NCBI RefSeq assembly: GCF_964204645.1
Contig: NC_134025.1
Coordinates: 20,869,101 to 20,933,100, forward strand
Direction of reading: 5' to 3'
Length of the DNA: 64,000 bases
From: Tubulanus polymorphus
Taxonomy: Eukaryota > Animalia > Nemertea
Shown here: piece by piece, positions 14,401 through 26,300 of the stretch
How positions within the stretch are numbered: position 1 is the first letter of the stretch
Layout of the letters: every line of letters begins with the position of its first letter
Translations under genes and position numbers: made by a program
The notes under the pieces: model-generated
What the model was told of the DNA's origin: nothing
Databases searched by the model: none
What the model saw: only the letters and a program-made list of their open reading frames with translations

Positions 14401-16457
14401 TTGATAAAAAAGGTTTTTTTGTATCGCCCGCGTTACTGATTCTTTAGTTCAATTACTACCAGGTCACTGACGAATACTTCGTTCGCTGAGGTAGGAGCCA
14501 GCGAATTATTCGGATAATCAATAGGTCGCTCAGTTATAACTGGGTAATGAGTCAGAAAACAGTGCGGAATAAAGAGTTATTTGCATTTTAATGAAAGATT
14601 TGTATATGTCGCTCGCAAAATTGAAACGCTTGACGTTTACACAGCGTTATCTAGGCAATCAGTAGGTCCCTTCGTCGTCAGGATTAATATTATACGTATA
14701 TACAAACATACACATACATGGCAGATTCTCGACTCATATCGCTAAAATTGCTATGTTTGATTTTCTATTGAATGCAAACCACTTCCATCGGCATTGAGGA
14801 TATACCGCGCTTCGAGAGACCTGCAACTAGATTACCGTTGAAGGGTACGTTCTTGTAATGTGGTTATGACTGGAGCGAGCATTAACAGTGTCGTCACCGC
14901 GGGAAAGGCAATTTAATTTCATCCTAATCTCGACTCATGATGGTAATGGTGTATAAAGTGAAAGTTGCACAACTAATATCGCAATTCCCTTCACCCTCGA
15001 GGTAGAAACGTTCTGAAGGAAACACGCGTTTGCGCGACTGAATGAAACCAGGAAATTAACGATATTTCAACGCGCGAAAAAACCATTCCTTGAAACTAAA
15101 TATTTGAAGATAACCTGAATATAATCATATTTGTTTATATGACTTTCATTCTTCGGTAGACCATGGGGGAGGGATCGTCCATCTATTTATTTGGTCCTAT
15201 TTTAACGATGTATCGGGAAGCAATGGTGGCCTTGGAAATGGTGGCCGGTCGCTTTCATCCCTTGCCTTTCCCGACCGACAAAAGCTGAGAGAACCCCAAT
15301 CATTGATTGATTTGATATAGTGATAGTATCAGAATTTGAAATAATGCAAAAGAACACAAGCTCTATTAGTTTCGCTCGCAACAAAGAGAGGTGTTTGGGT
15401 AAACACAACATGCAACTTCTATCCCGCATGGTGGCGTGACAAGTGGTCTAGCGTTTACCAATCAACTTCGACCTAAATCTAGGCATCATATTTCTACCAA
15501 ATATACATTGGATTCATTTGTCTACTCAGTGATTGGTATAGTTTTCATTGATAATCGAGAGAAAAGTTAATCTTTCGATTTTAACTGAAAGTAGACGAAA
15601 TGGGGAACCCGCAATACCAGCTATCTCATCCGATGGCGTGTGAAGAGCACTCGGTCCTACGCTCTCAAAATTAGTTCATTTTCGATGAAGCTTGAACTGA
15701 ATTTTCAGTCTCCCGAATCCGCATATTATCAAAGGACCTACCAAATATACAATAATTTAATTTTTCTACTCAGACATCGGCATAGTTTTCATTTAAAATT
15801 GATTTACTAAAAAAGACAGTGGATGCCAAGTTACTACTAGCGAACCTGGTGGATCCTCGCACGCTATAAGTGAAATCCTTGATTGTCACAGTAGCAATGC
15901 TGGTACCCCAATGAACGCGGAAAACCGTATAACTACTAGCGCGCATAGCGGATCCTTGCTTGCCATAAGCGGAATCTTCGATTGCCACAGTAGTGTCGGA
16001 GGTTCCCCATATTCCCTTATGACGTTCTCGGCCACACCGGATTGGGGGGACTGTCAAGTGATTATATCGCGGTCAATATGGCTGTGCGGAGTAGCGAAGA
16101 TATGAGGATTTTTCAACGCGGATGTCAGCAACGCATCAGTGGTTGAAGTAGAAACAAGAGCCTCTGAAGCGGTTGTAGGTAAATATAACATCGATCGAAA
16201 ACAAACCCCGACGATGATATACGGCGGTGATATATGCGTCAATGCCGCCATACCGCCGATCTTTAGAAACAAACGTACCCCTGGACAAACACACACATGC
16301 AATGAACTTCGTCTTAAGTTAATTAATTTCTACGTAGAATAGAAAATGTAATAAGTGTTTGCGTATATGATTTACCATTGCATCCAGCGATGTCGATGAT
16401 CGTGAATAGAAAAACGGGAAGAGGGAACAAATCGTGAATGGAACTCGTGAACTTCAT
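5065..16457 (-). CDS. NETO: Neuropilin and tolloid-like (NETO/SOL-2-like) type I membrane protein: SP-CUB-CUB-LDLa-TM-cytoplasmic tail, 8 coding exons, ~475 aa
   Basis: Exons 16457-16376, 13368-13191, 12988-12798, 11081-10893, 10526-10382, 7085-7006, ~6604-6434, 5456-5065. All have GT-AG ends and compatible phases and total 1428 nt. The domain order matches the NETO family; orthology is inferred from architecture only. Confidence 0.88.
6434..6604 (-). CDS. NETO-like exon 7 (LDL-receptor class A domain)
   Basis: CEDGFWCAGG...CIAKEFECNKIPNCGFYDKSDEEN(C); gtaagt donor. Acceptor is ambiguous (6604/6601/6595, all in frame). Confidence 0.88.
7006..7085 (-). CDS. NETO-like exon 6 (CUB2 C-end)
   Basis: YRAGASNARGNKGFRLVWTAVQIPSK; attcag acceptor, gtatac donor; phases fit both neighbours. 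Confidence 0.85.
8521..10286. mobile_element. Foldback-like element: ~560-bp near-identical inverted arms (8521-9081, 9727-10286) around a ~645-bp spacer
   Basis: The arms are reverse complements with only a few differences; mirrored ORFs on opposite strands in the track confirm this; no clear TSD. Confidence 0.85.
10382..10526 (-). CDS. NETO-like exon 5 (CUB2 middle)
   Basis: KCEGTAVSIYNGFATVTDRPEERVCGQLSLYEQRVKDFLSTGFRVVVR; cttgcag acceptor, gtaagc donor; absent from the ORF track. Confidence 0.88.
10893..11081 (-). CDS. NETO-like exon 4 (CUB2 N-part)
   Basis: CGADYMTGPGGVLTSPGYPKPFIPDLECTWMIKV...ILLTFHELDLG; ttttcag acceptor, gtaatt donor. Confidence 0.92.
12183..12404. mobile_element. 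MITE
   Basis: TIR TGATTCAGTCCGTACTAAAAA / TTTTTAGTATGGACCGAATCA. Confidence 0.6.
12798..12988 (-). CDS. NETO-like exon 3 (CUB1 C-half)
   Basis: CLFDYVDI...GRLCGDIIPQPIIS...VIFKSDYVRGHRGFKAKYEF; ttccag acceptor, gtaggt donor. Confidence 0.92.
13191..13368 (-). CDS. NETO-like exon 2 (CUB1 N-half)
   Basis: CEYHFSSHTVPGGTFTTPNFPNNYPDRTYCKYII...IRLDFVAFELE; ttttag acceptor, gtaatt donor. Confidence 0.92.
13540..14030. mobile_element. Degenerate Harbinger-like MITE (family A, copy 2)
   Basis: AGGCCTT...AAAGCCT ends; similar to 4382-4810. Confidence 0.65.
15599..16030. repeat. Dispersed repeat family E with an internal partial duplication
   Basis: 15599-15914 is colinear with 45144-45476 (AATGGGGAACCC..., CTACTAGCGAACCT, CACAGTAG...GTACCCCA); the 3' part repeats at 15930-16030. 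Confidence 0.65.
16376..16457 (-). CDS. NETO-like coding exon 1 (signal peptide MKFTSSIHDLFPLPVFLFTIIDIAGCN)
   Basis: tttcatttcag|ATG start directly after the acceptor; hydrophobic stretch; phase-1 donor G|gtaaat. Confidence 0.8.
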
Positions 16458-16785
16458 CTGAAATGAAAAAAAACGAATGTAAATTAGATTCATAAGACCT
16501 GCGATAAAAATATTCCTGATGATCGAGAATGCGTATACGTCTTTATGTATTTTTGTTATGATGAATTATGCAGGAGTCAGTAAAGTGGTTTTGATAGATT
16601 TGTATAGTGAGTTCAAAAGACGATTGGAAGAAGTCATTCACTTTCAACCGACATATCTAACTGACAGAACTGGGTCCGCGGACGCTTCCGTAGGTTATTG
16701 TCCATTTCCGACGAGTATCACGTCAAAAGTTCAATATTTATCTGCGACCCAAATCGGAGGACGGGCCTCATGTACCGCGAGCAAC

Positions 16786-17324
16786 AGTAATAGTAATTTA
16801 ATTTCTATAGCGCTCTTTTCACAATGTTCAACGGCGCTTTCCACTAAATTGGTACAATCACTTCTAGCCTATAATCCTAACCATTTATCAGTCATCTCTC
16901 CCTCGGGAGAAGTAACATCCGAGCAGCTGCTATAGGCGCTCAGGAGTCGTAATCATTTACTCCTGGGTGAAGAGAGGCAATGAGGATGAGTGTCTTGGCC
17001 GGGGACACTACCGTAATCTCCGGGGTTTGAACCCACGACCTGGGCGAACGTCGGTTATCGGAGTAAGTCGACTATAGTCGAACTAAAGAAACAGAATGTC
17101 AGTTAGTCGGAACTATGGTCCAGAAATGATCGACCACGGGATTGAGCACGGTCGCTGCAGTTCCAACCCATTCCTAAGATGGCCGACACTGTGAAATACG
17201 TTACGACCGAACTATAGTGCGTTCGACCACTAGTAGTTCCGACCACTAGTCGACTAGCTTCGAAAACCGAAGTTGGCCCTGGCTTCCCAAAGTCGAACGC
17301 TCTAACCACCCAACCGCACCGCTC
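16786..17324 (-). mobile_element. tRNA-derived SINE interrupted by a MITE
   Basis: Minus-strand head GAGCGGTGCGGTTGGGTGGTTAGAGCGTTCGAC...GGTTCAAACCC (A/B boxes), GTGTCC...CAAGACACT core, (ATT)-like tail; matches 48729-48960. Confidence 0.75.
17043..17278. mobile_element. Harbinger-like MITE inserted in the SINE head
   Basis: TIR GGCGAAC.TCGGTT / AACCGAAGTTGGCC; CTG duplication; second copy at 60802-61018. Confidence 0.75.
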
Positions 17325-20300
17325 GCTCAGTCGGACACACGGTGAGGCTCATTATTGTACAGTATCATCTAATCATGTAAACAAAATCATACATTTATAG
17401 CATTAGCAAAATCGGCAGAAAAGAATGATCACACTTCTGGCTAAATCTATGTAGAATTCATGTCAATTCGCTAATGCAATTGATATCCTATGCGCAATTA
17501 TCTTTTGAGCAAATGACATTAACAGATACTAGCTAATTAAGGTTGTATCCAATTATCAATCCATCTAATCACCGGGAGGGTATGAAGTTCTAAACACCAG
17601 CGATATAGAATCGTTTCGCACGGGATGAAATCCTCGCGCGTAATCAATTAAAAAAACGCGCTGAAGGGACCCGATGATGTAACGCGTTCTTAATTAAAAA
17701 CCGCGTATATCTAATTGACTTCCGACTTCTCCTCACAACGAGATATCGTTTACGCTGTATACAGCGCCCGTAAAAAAAGATCGTATACTCGTTTGTGTGC
17801 TGTTGCGATAAATTTGCTAAATACACCGAATGATTCTATTAGCAACGCGTGACATAAGATCCAGCCGCGTTGAAAATCACGACCTTCGATGACGTATTTA
17901 ATCGACGCACGGTCGAGCCTTAATTCTAAATATAAAATGCATTTTTTTGCTCTCAACCTCACGAGAATTACACGCGGTTTCCACATAAATCGATATGATT
18001 TTATCCTTAATAGGAGTGTTAATGCGTTCGTCCTAATGACCATTTCCGCTAAACGCAGCGTGGTTTTTTTCGGGGGGGGGGGGGGGGTTGCACTCACCTC
18101 GACGCAAAATTCTTTGATATAAGCCTATGAACGAGATTGCAGCGCGGACAGAGTTCCTAATGAGTAAATGGACATTAAGGTAACAGGCGTATACGTACGT
18201 AAATATATCAGCAGCAGCAGATCAAGGGTGTATCGGATAAACTCGTTGTCTGGCATGGTAGTTATTTGGATAACATTTTCCGATGAAATGTGCCATTATG
18301 TAGTCAATTTAATGGATCACGCGCTATCGGAGTTGGATACGGTGTATCTACAGCGAGTCGTGGCATCGAAAAACGACAAACTATCTTAAAGGACATCCGA
18401 GGGTGGATTTAGGGGGGGGGGATTGGACTGGGTGGAGTGGTCCATCTTCTTTTGAATTCGTGCTCTCTAAAAAGTCGATGAAAAAATAATAAGTCTGGAA
18501 GAAAATTCTTAGAAAGACGAAAAAATCCAAAATGGGTTCTGATAAGGACAAGAAAAGTTGCTTCTATCCTAGATTTTCTGTTGGAGGGCCACCAGAACCC
18601 CCACCAATGTTTCGCGCTTGCAACGCTCACATAACCAAATCTACCCTTCGAAAATTAATTGCCGAGTAAGGTCCACTTTTAAAGAACCCTAGATACGCCC
18701 TTGCTGTTCTCTGAGTAAAAAGGGGAAAAACGTTTGATTAAAGTGACTGAACCTTGGTAGCACAGTGGAATTTTAAGTCCAATTTGAACCTCAACATCGG
18801 TAGATTCGATTGTTATGGCCAAAATAAAATTACGGCCTGGTCTGGTCTTCCATTGACTTTTTGTAACTATAGACCATGGACCTGGAAAAATTGCCAATAC
18901 TTAACAACAGAACAGCATCATAAAGTCTGACCATTATTCGTAAAATCAACATACGAAAAGGCTTTTAAATTAACACTGCATCTAATTCATGACTGGGTAA
19001 AACTGCATCCTTGGTGGAGGATTGTAATGTTGCTCGATACATAAATTGTTATGCAATTCCTATCAACTTAATGGTAAAAGTAACATTCATATAATATGTT
19101 TACGTTTGTTTCTTTTCTAAAAAGTAATAAAACAAGGTAAAAAATTCTATCTTTAAGAATCCAAAGTAGATTGATTGGAACGCTCATTGCGAATGTCGCG
19201 GCGTGATTCGATTGGGTCTGCATCCGACACACAGATTGACTTACCTTGTCCCGAGGTGATGGGTAAACGTCGTGATAAACACAGAAAGTCAATGTTGATG
19301 ATGGTGCCGGCTTATACGTGCATTTGGCTAATTATACCAACCGTAGAAAGATCGATGTAGTGTCATTTGCGATACATATTTCATACATCAGGCGTCTAAT
19401 CATCGATACACACAGCCTTATAGTAATTCGGTCGATGTAACGGGTCAAGTTGGTTACTGCAGACCGTATTCACGAGCCCGGTTTTACCGTATATGCATTT
19501 CTGGCGTAAATAATTGAAAACCGTCAGTACATAGCGATAAAATCTATATAACAAGTGCCGGTGATGACGAGAAATCGAATGGAAAATCTTTACCTCGCCG
19601 TGTATGGAAGACAACGATACATATATATGTTAACGTCACATAGTATACTTATATAGCATTCACAAATGCTAGAAGAGATAATCGAGATGAACACAGATCA
19701 TTTTATCAGAGGCCGACTTCCAAACGACTCGAATTTACCAGGGTATTCTCACCTTCAGTATTGAAATGTTCGTTGAACGCAGTATTTTAATTCTATAAGT
19801 TTTTGCGTGGGTGTGTCGACTTATAATACAGATCGCTAAGATGCACGTTAAGAGCTGCGAACCACTGGTATAGACTGGTTTACGAAGTACGTAGTTTGCT
19901 TAGCAGGAACTCACCGATAATTTCACGCTGTTTCTCTCTGGTCGAAACACGTCTTGCAGTTAATAAGCATCATTATATGTTATTCAACCTATGTCATTAT
20001 CGAATGCCAGGGTTCGGGAACAACACACACGACCAACAGCAGCCCCGGCTGTTGGTGCACGCGTTGACTGATGGTGAATGTGTCCTCGACGTTTAATGAC
20101 GCCTAAGGGCAGCGCTAGCAATTCAGGAAAATATTTGTGCGTCGTACACTCGTATGCTTATCGGACAAACAGTCGTGACAGGTCGAAAATAAAACTAATT
20201 TCGTTATCATTTGTTCCACGCTGATGACAAATCCTGAAGCATCGTTGACAATGAGTACTCTGTCTATTGCGACTGTGAATATCGACGAACGAAAACGCTG

Positions 20301-23300
20301 ATAATACAAATGCGGCGATATTTTCATTTATGAAAAAAATCAATTTCGGTTAATACTTTTTCGGGTATGTGTAGCCACTGAACGCGCGGGTTTTGATTGT
20401 TGGTTTTATATTGGACAATTTACGCAGTGACACTGATGATACTTATGCCCACTAACTGATGACGTATCTACAGTCATCAGAGGGATTTTTCTTCTCCGGC
20501 TATGATATTATATATGTACATATTGGTTTTCGAATACCCTTTCATCAAATCAGAAAGAAATGGAAGAACAATTATCTCCGTACGCGCGGAATATGTTAGC
20601 GATGATGGATGACATGGTTGAAATTTTCGTCGAGAAAACCCAATGTTCAAATACCCACAAGGAATCTTGAACGACTCGCGAAATACGCAAGTGAAGTACG
20701 TTAGAAATCTGTGAAGTGCCGTCTTAAAATGTCGACAAAACCAAGTATAGCATAGGTTTACTAGATTGAATACTTCATCTTGTCATACAGCTGAAGATAT
20801 ATAATTTCCACGGTTAATATTCGCGAGGCGCGGCTTGTGAAATATAAGCCCTATGCAATTTTGGAAACAGCATGACGATTGTTGCAACAGATATAGCGAT
20901 AATCTTCAAGGGTACCGCTAGAACGACTTATTTTCAAATGAATATCGACTGATAATTTAGACCATTTATGCTAGAAGCAGTGTCGTCTGCGTAGATGAAG
21001 CGGCCTTCTGCGTTGTCAGGTGATTTTGGACGGAGAACGGAAAGACGTGTCATGTCGTATCCCCATATGGCAAGAAATATATCTCACGCAACGTGATGTT
21101 GTTAAGCTGATTGCATTAACAAATTCCGAGTGAAGCTAAATTGAAATATACGTATAGTTTAAGTTCTTTCGTAATTTGTAACGTCGCGGCTAAAGCATAA
21201 TCTTCTTCGCTCTGTCGTCTGGCCTCCCTGTGATGATCGAGGGACATATATCGATGACCGATAATCACAAAGATTTAGAAATTCGACTGGATAAATTGCG
21301 TTATGAATTGGTTATGAAAATCCCGCGGCCGATTTCACACGTGTATAGCCATTCCTGGCTAGTAATTGGCCGACGGACTTCAGTAAATCTGGATAGCGTG
21401 TGAAGACAAGCGAATGCCGGGTAATTGAAGGGACAGCCCGCGGAGGAGAGTTAATCTTGAATACATATACATGTATAGACATAGCGATAATCTTCAAGGA
21501 AACCGCCGAGACGCTGGATCAATCTTATATAGATTTTACTTGATTAATCAACTTAGTAACTGGCATCACTATCGGCTAGAAACTAATGTATTAGGACGAT
21601 CAACACTTCACGTAACTATTTCGCATTTCTGTCTGCTTATGTCCCGCCGACTGCTGCGATAATCCCCTATCACAATCTGAGCCTGATAACTTAATGCACG
21701 TTGTTGAACGATTAAGGAATTCATTCGGACACGACGCAACAGTTATCTTCGGCCCATCATTAAACATAAAGGGCTATAAACTTCAAGTTTTTATTCGTTA
21801 TTTACGTACTCCTCGTGCCTTGCACCGATTGAAAAGACCCACCTGTTATTTCGAAATATAACCGAACGTTATAAGCAATGTATTCATTGATATCATATAC
21901 AATATCAATAATTATTAAAAATATATGTATCCTATAGGCAAGACTTGTGTTTGAACATTTTCTATCAATATTCATATGATATATATCTAATCGATGTGAG
22001 TTTATTTGTAGCGCTTAGTACAATCATGCAGATACTATGATATATTTCACTGTATATGTACCTTTCTGTAGCATAATGATTGCCGTATATGTTTCAATTA
22101 ATCTTCTCTCAAAAAATGTTACAAGTAAAGCAAGTTTTGCGAAAACTATGAGTTGAGCATAAACGAATAGTATATACAATGTACCAAAGTATCAAGAATA
22201 AGGCTGAAATAGAAAGACCGGTTGAAATCTAGTAAATTGTTATTGGGGCAACATGGGATATAGGCCGGTGTTCAAAAGTTCAATTGTCGCGGTAACAATT
22301 TCAATTGCTATTACGGCATTTTTCAAAACACCATCCTTATCGCAAAGAACTGACCCAACCTGCCATGTTTTAGATCACTGATTGAAGAGCCAAGCCGACG
22401 GTAACATAAAGCCTTAACTAATCGACTGTCTAACCAAAATCTCTCGTAAGTTCACGACAAGTAACGTATAGAATATCGCCAGTCGATTAGCCAACCGTCA
22501 ATTCTGTAAGAAACGTGATGCGGATGCGTGCGTGTACATCTAGGAAAAAATCCTGCAGACACACAAGACTTGAATTAAAATTGCCGCGGTGGATACGTAT
22601 GGAAATTTGATTAATTCTATTATCAAAGCAAAGAGGTTTATCGACGTTTATATTTCTAACGAGTGCATCGACGGTTTATTTCTCTTTTCTCTCATTCATG
22701 CTAGACTAGTGAAAAGACATTTACAACAATTCTGATTTGCATTCGTGTATTAGTTTAATATGTATACATATACGTGATTGATATTTGTACATCTGAATGT
22801 TCCTTTTGTCGTCGTTTGCTCTCGGTTCGAAATGAGATTCTATTCACATTGTAATATGTATAACGTTACTGCATTTTGCCCGTTTGAAAGCGCGGTATTG
22901 TCTTTGTATTTCTATATAATCGTAGAGCTCATCGTCAGAGGTTTTATAGCGCCGGTATATCGAGGGATGATCCGCTCGCGAGATGAATTGTATCGCCGTG
23001 ACCACTGCGCCGGGGTGACCGTTAAAAATGAAAAATCGCCGCGTGACAGTGGAAAGTATTCTATCCTATCTCCTATTCCCCACAAATCCACAGAGAATGG
23101 GATAGGCTATGTATGATCGTAGAGGAAAGATGGGATGATCATTGGACACTCAAAACAAAGTGGTGTATGAAACGTACACGCGTTACAACTGTAGAACTTG
23201 GTCCAAAACCTAAGCGGCCATATCTATTTTTCTATAATCTACGAAAAAAATCTAAAATCTTTTCTCATTACTGACGACGCGTTGAAAGAGGTTTGTGTCC

Positions 23301-26300
23301 CACAACTAAGAGCATGTAAGTTACTAAAAAATCAAAATGAGAATATACGTCCGAATAATTCCGATCCGGATGTTTATAAATCCAATATTGACGAATGATA
23401 AACCATGTTTGTGGGTACGCTCTTTGTTTGGCCAGTGGTACAAGAGAGCAAATGGCATCCCATATTGATTATCACAAAATGGCGGCTAGAAATACACTAG
23501 GTATAGTTACGTGAATAGTGACATGGTAATAGTTTAAAGGTATGTTTATATGTATTATCCAAACGTTTCATTATAAGTGTGATACCCGGTATCTGATAAT
23601 GTATATATATATATATACTCGTTAAATTACACCGTAAACAAGTTAACTCGGTAATGTGTTCATTTCAGATACATTCCATCCGGCCAAAGACACCAGTTTT
23701 ACGTAGGCTGACTCTTTAAGAAGACTGTATATAAAAGCACCATAAAATCAAGAAAGATAAACTTACCTATATGCATGTATATTATACGTAGAACGCAGCA
23801 AAATCTATTCTATTTGTTTCTCGAATTGAGTACGTCACCGCGTGGCGATATTTCAAATATAATTCCATCGGAACAGTTTCATATTCCGTACTTCTTCGAA
23901 CGGTAAACACACGCTTAATGACTCCGGTTTCTGTCGTACACTGCGAATGTCTTTGGGATAACTGCGGAATCGATATCGATATTACAGCCTCCAGAATGCA
24001 ACCAACAGAACAAATAGGCTACAGGGATAATACGGGTATAAACCCGCGGTGAATATAACATGTCAATTGATTTAACTCCACTTAAAATCATCACCGGCAG
24101 CGGATTTCAGGTTTGCGCGTCTCCTGTTGCCTTCTTTGCGAGTGGTTTTGTATGTAAAAGAGCTGCCAGTTGTAATCGAGAATACACCAAGACGTATACG
24201 ACAGTCATATAAATTTAAGGCCGTTCCATTTTGTCGCCAAATTTCGATCCATTATCTGAGCGTGAAATTTCAAAATACCTCGTTAATGAATTGAAGGCCT
24301 TACCCTCACACGGAATTTTTACACGTACTGAAAGATGATGTCAATCAGTGAATTTCTATAAATGTGTGATGAAAATTCTAGCTTTGGCTGGATTCATATT
24401 GTGACCGATTGTAATCCATTTTCATAAGGAAATTCATATTGGTCACGATGTACGTGTATATGGTTTCAAATAATGCTTTCATGGATGAATTGACTATCAG
24501 AAACGAAACGGATTTATCTCATAACCACACACACACGGTAAAGCCAAAATCGGATGCCTTCGCTATATATGGTTTTCGGGGGTCTAAAAAGTATATCTGT
24601 ATTATAAGCGTCAGTGTAATGGACAAACTAAATCACGGCGTCCGCTTTCGGAAAATAATCTCTTTACATCCACGGTGAAACGATGTAATGTGATGTACAA
24701 TCCGTGCTAGGTGAAGTGCGTTACTCGATCGGGAACAAGTGGTCTCAAAGTTTTTGTGGATAGCTATTCAATCACACGCCACCAAACTCCCACTAATATA
24801 ATTGCCGATAGAATATATCACCGCTCGCGCTGTAACAGTCACGTGCGCTAACGAATAAACCATTTACCGGAAAACCGAGCAATCGTCTAGCGAGAAACTA
24901 ATTTTCCCCCATGAGTAGATTTGCAGTGCCGGACCCATAATGATAGATATATATTCTTATTAATACCGTATACCGCGTACAAACCAGCTCGTAAGTTAAG
25001 CTAAATGTAAGCCATCACGATTTATTTGTTTTTTTATATGAAGAGATGACCAGATGAAAAATTGCGTGTATGTATCAATGTACTGAAAATTGAAGCTGCT
25101 AGTAATGATATTACTGGAAATACTCGATACATAGCGTTCACGAAAACTGTAAATACGATTTGCGGTCAGCAGCGCATTTTATTTCTCCCTATTGTGGTGT
25201 TTAGACCACGTTTCCAAAAATCTACGTATTCTATAGTAAGATAAAGCAATTCCAAAGTGAAGTTCATATATAGTGCGTAAATCCAGGCATAATGGCATAA
25301 TGTTCTTAACGGATCTTCATAAAATTGCAAGGATGTATTCAGTTGTTCAAAGTAAAAAATGATATGTTGGTATTTCATCTATAGACATTGTCTGATATGT
25401 CAGAAGAGATCTTGTACAAGACAGAAGTTTATTCCTGAAAGAATAAAGAAGAATTGAATAGAATAGCTTATTCCTCTCTAACTAAAACATAGGTACATAG
25501 AGGTTACAAGAATTTATACAACAAAATTTGATCTATAATTTACAAAGCTTAAAAAGAAACGAAAATCAATATTGAATAAATTGATGATAAAGATAAAATA
25601 CGTATATAGGCTACATGTAATCTACCTAAGTAATTTGAGGCCAACATTTACAAATCAAGGGAGTTCAATTAGGATATTACTACGTATTTACAGTATAAAA
25701 TAGTTCTGTGGTGATGCCACCTACAATATATAAAAACACATTTTGAATGACATCTACTATGATTACAGATACAGTCAACTTGTACCTTATATCAGGTAGC
25801 AATCAAGCCTATCAGATTAATTCATATTCCGACCTGGTTCGCCCAGCAGACTGTATCTCAATTATACGCCCAGTTACCATTGCGAAAATTAGTATCTAGA
25901 TACTTCTGACGAAGAGTGCTTCGTTGATTTTCATTTGGTACACATGTAACTTCATCGAATAACAATCGATACCCTATAATATTTTTTTCCATATTCCGTC
26001 CACTGTGGGGTAAGACTATGGTGAAATGCCTGCATCTCAGTTATAACAGTCATATCACTACCTAAGTGAGTGCTATCTAGATTCATATTTACTATTCAAA
26101 CCTACAAATATTTAGAAAGCTGAGATCTTCATAATCTTTATCGCTGCTTTGCAGCTATCTTTTTCAGTTGAATCCATAATTTCAACTGACGTGCGGTCAT
26201 CCGAAACTCCAAATAAGCGTCACGGAAAGCGCCCAGTCTAATTTATCTATAAGAAACGTACCGGTACCTCAAATGGTTTATCGCGTAAAAACATCAATGT

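Noticed and set aside
17043-17278. Short repeated GACTATAGTCG units resembling a CRISPR-like array
   Set aside because: Irregular internal repeats of a MITE in eukaryotic DNA; no regular spacers or cas genes
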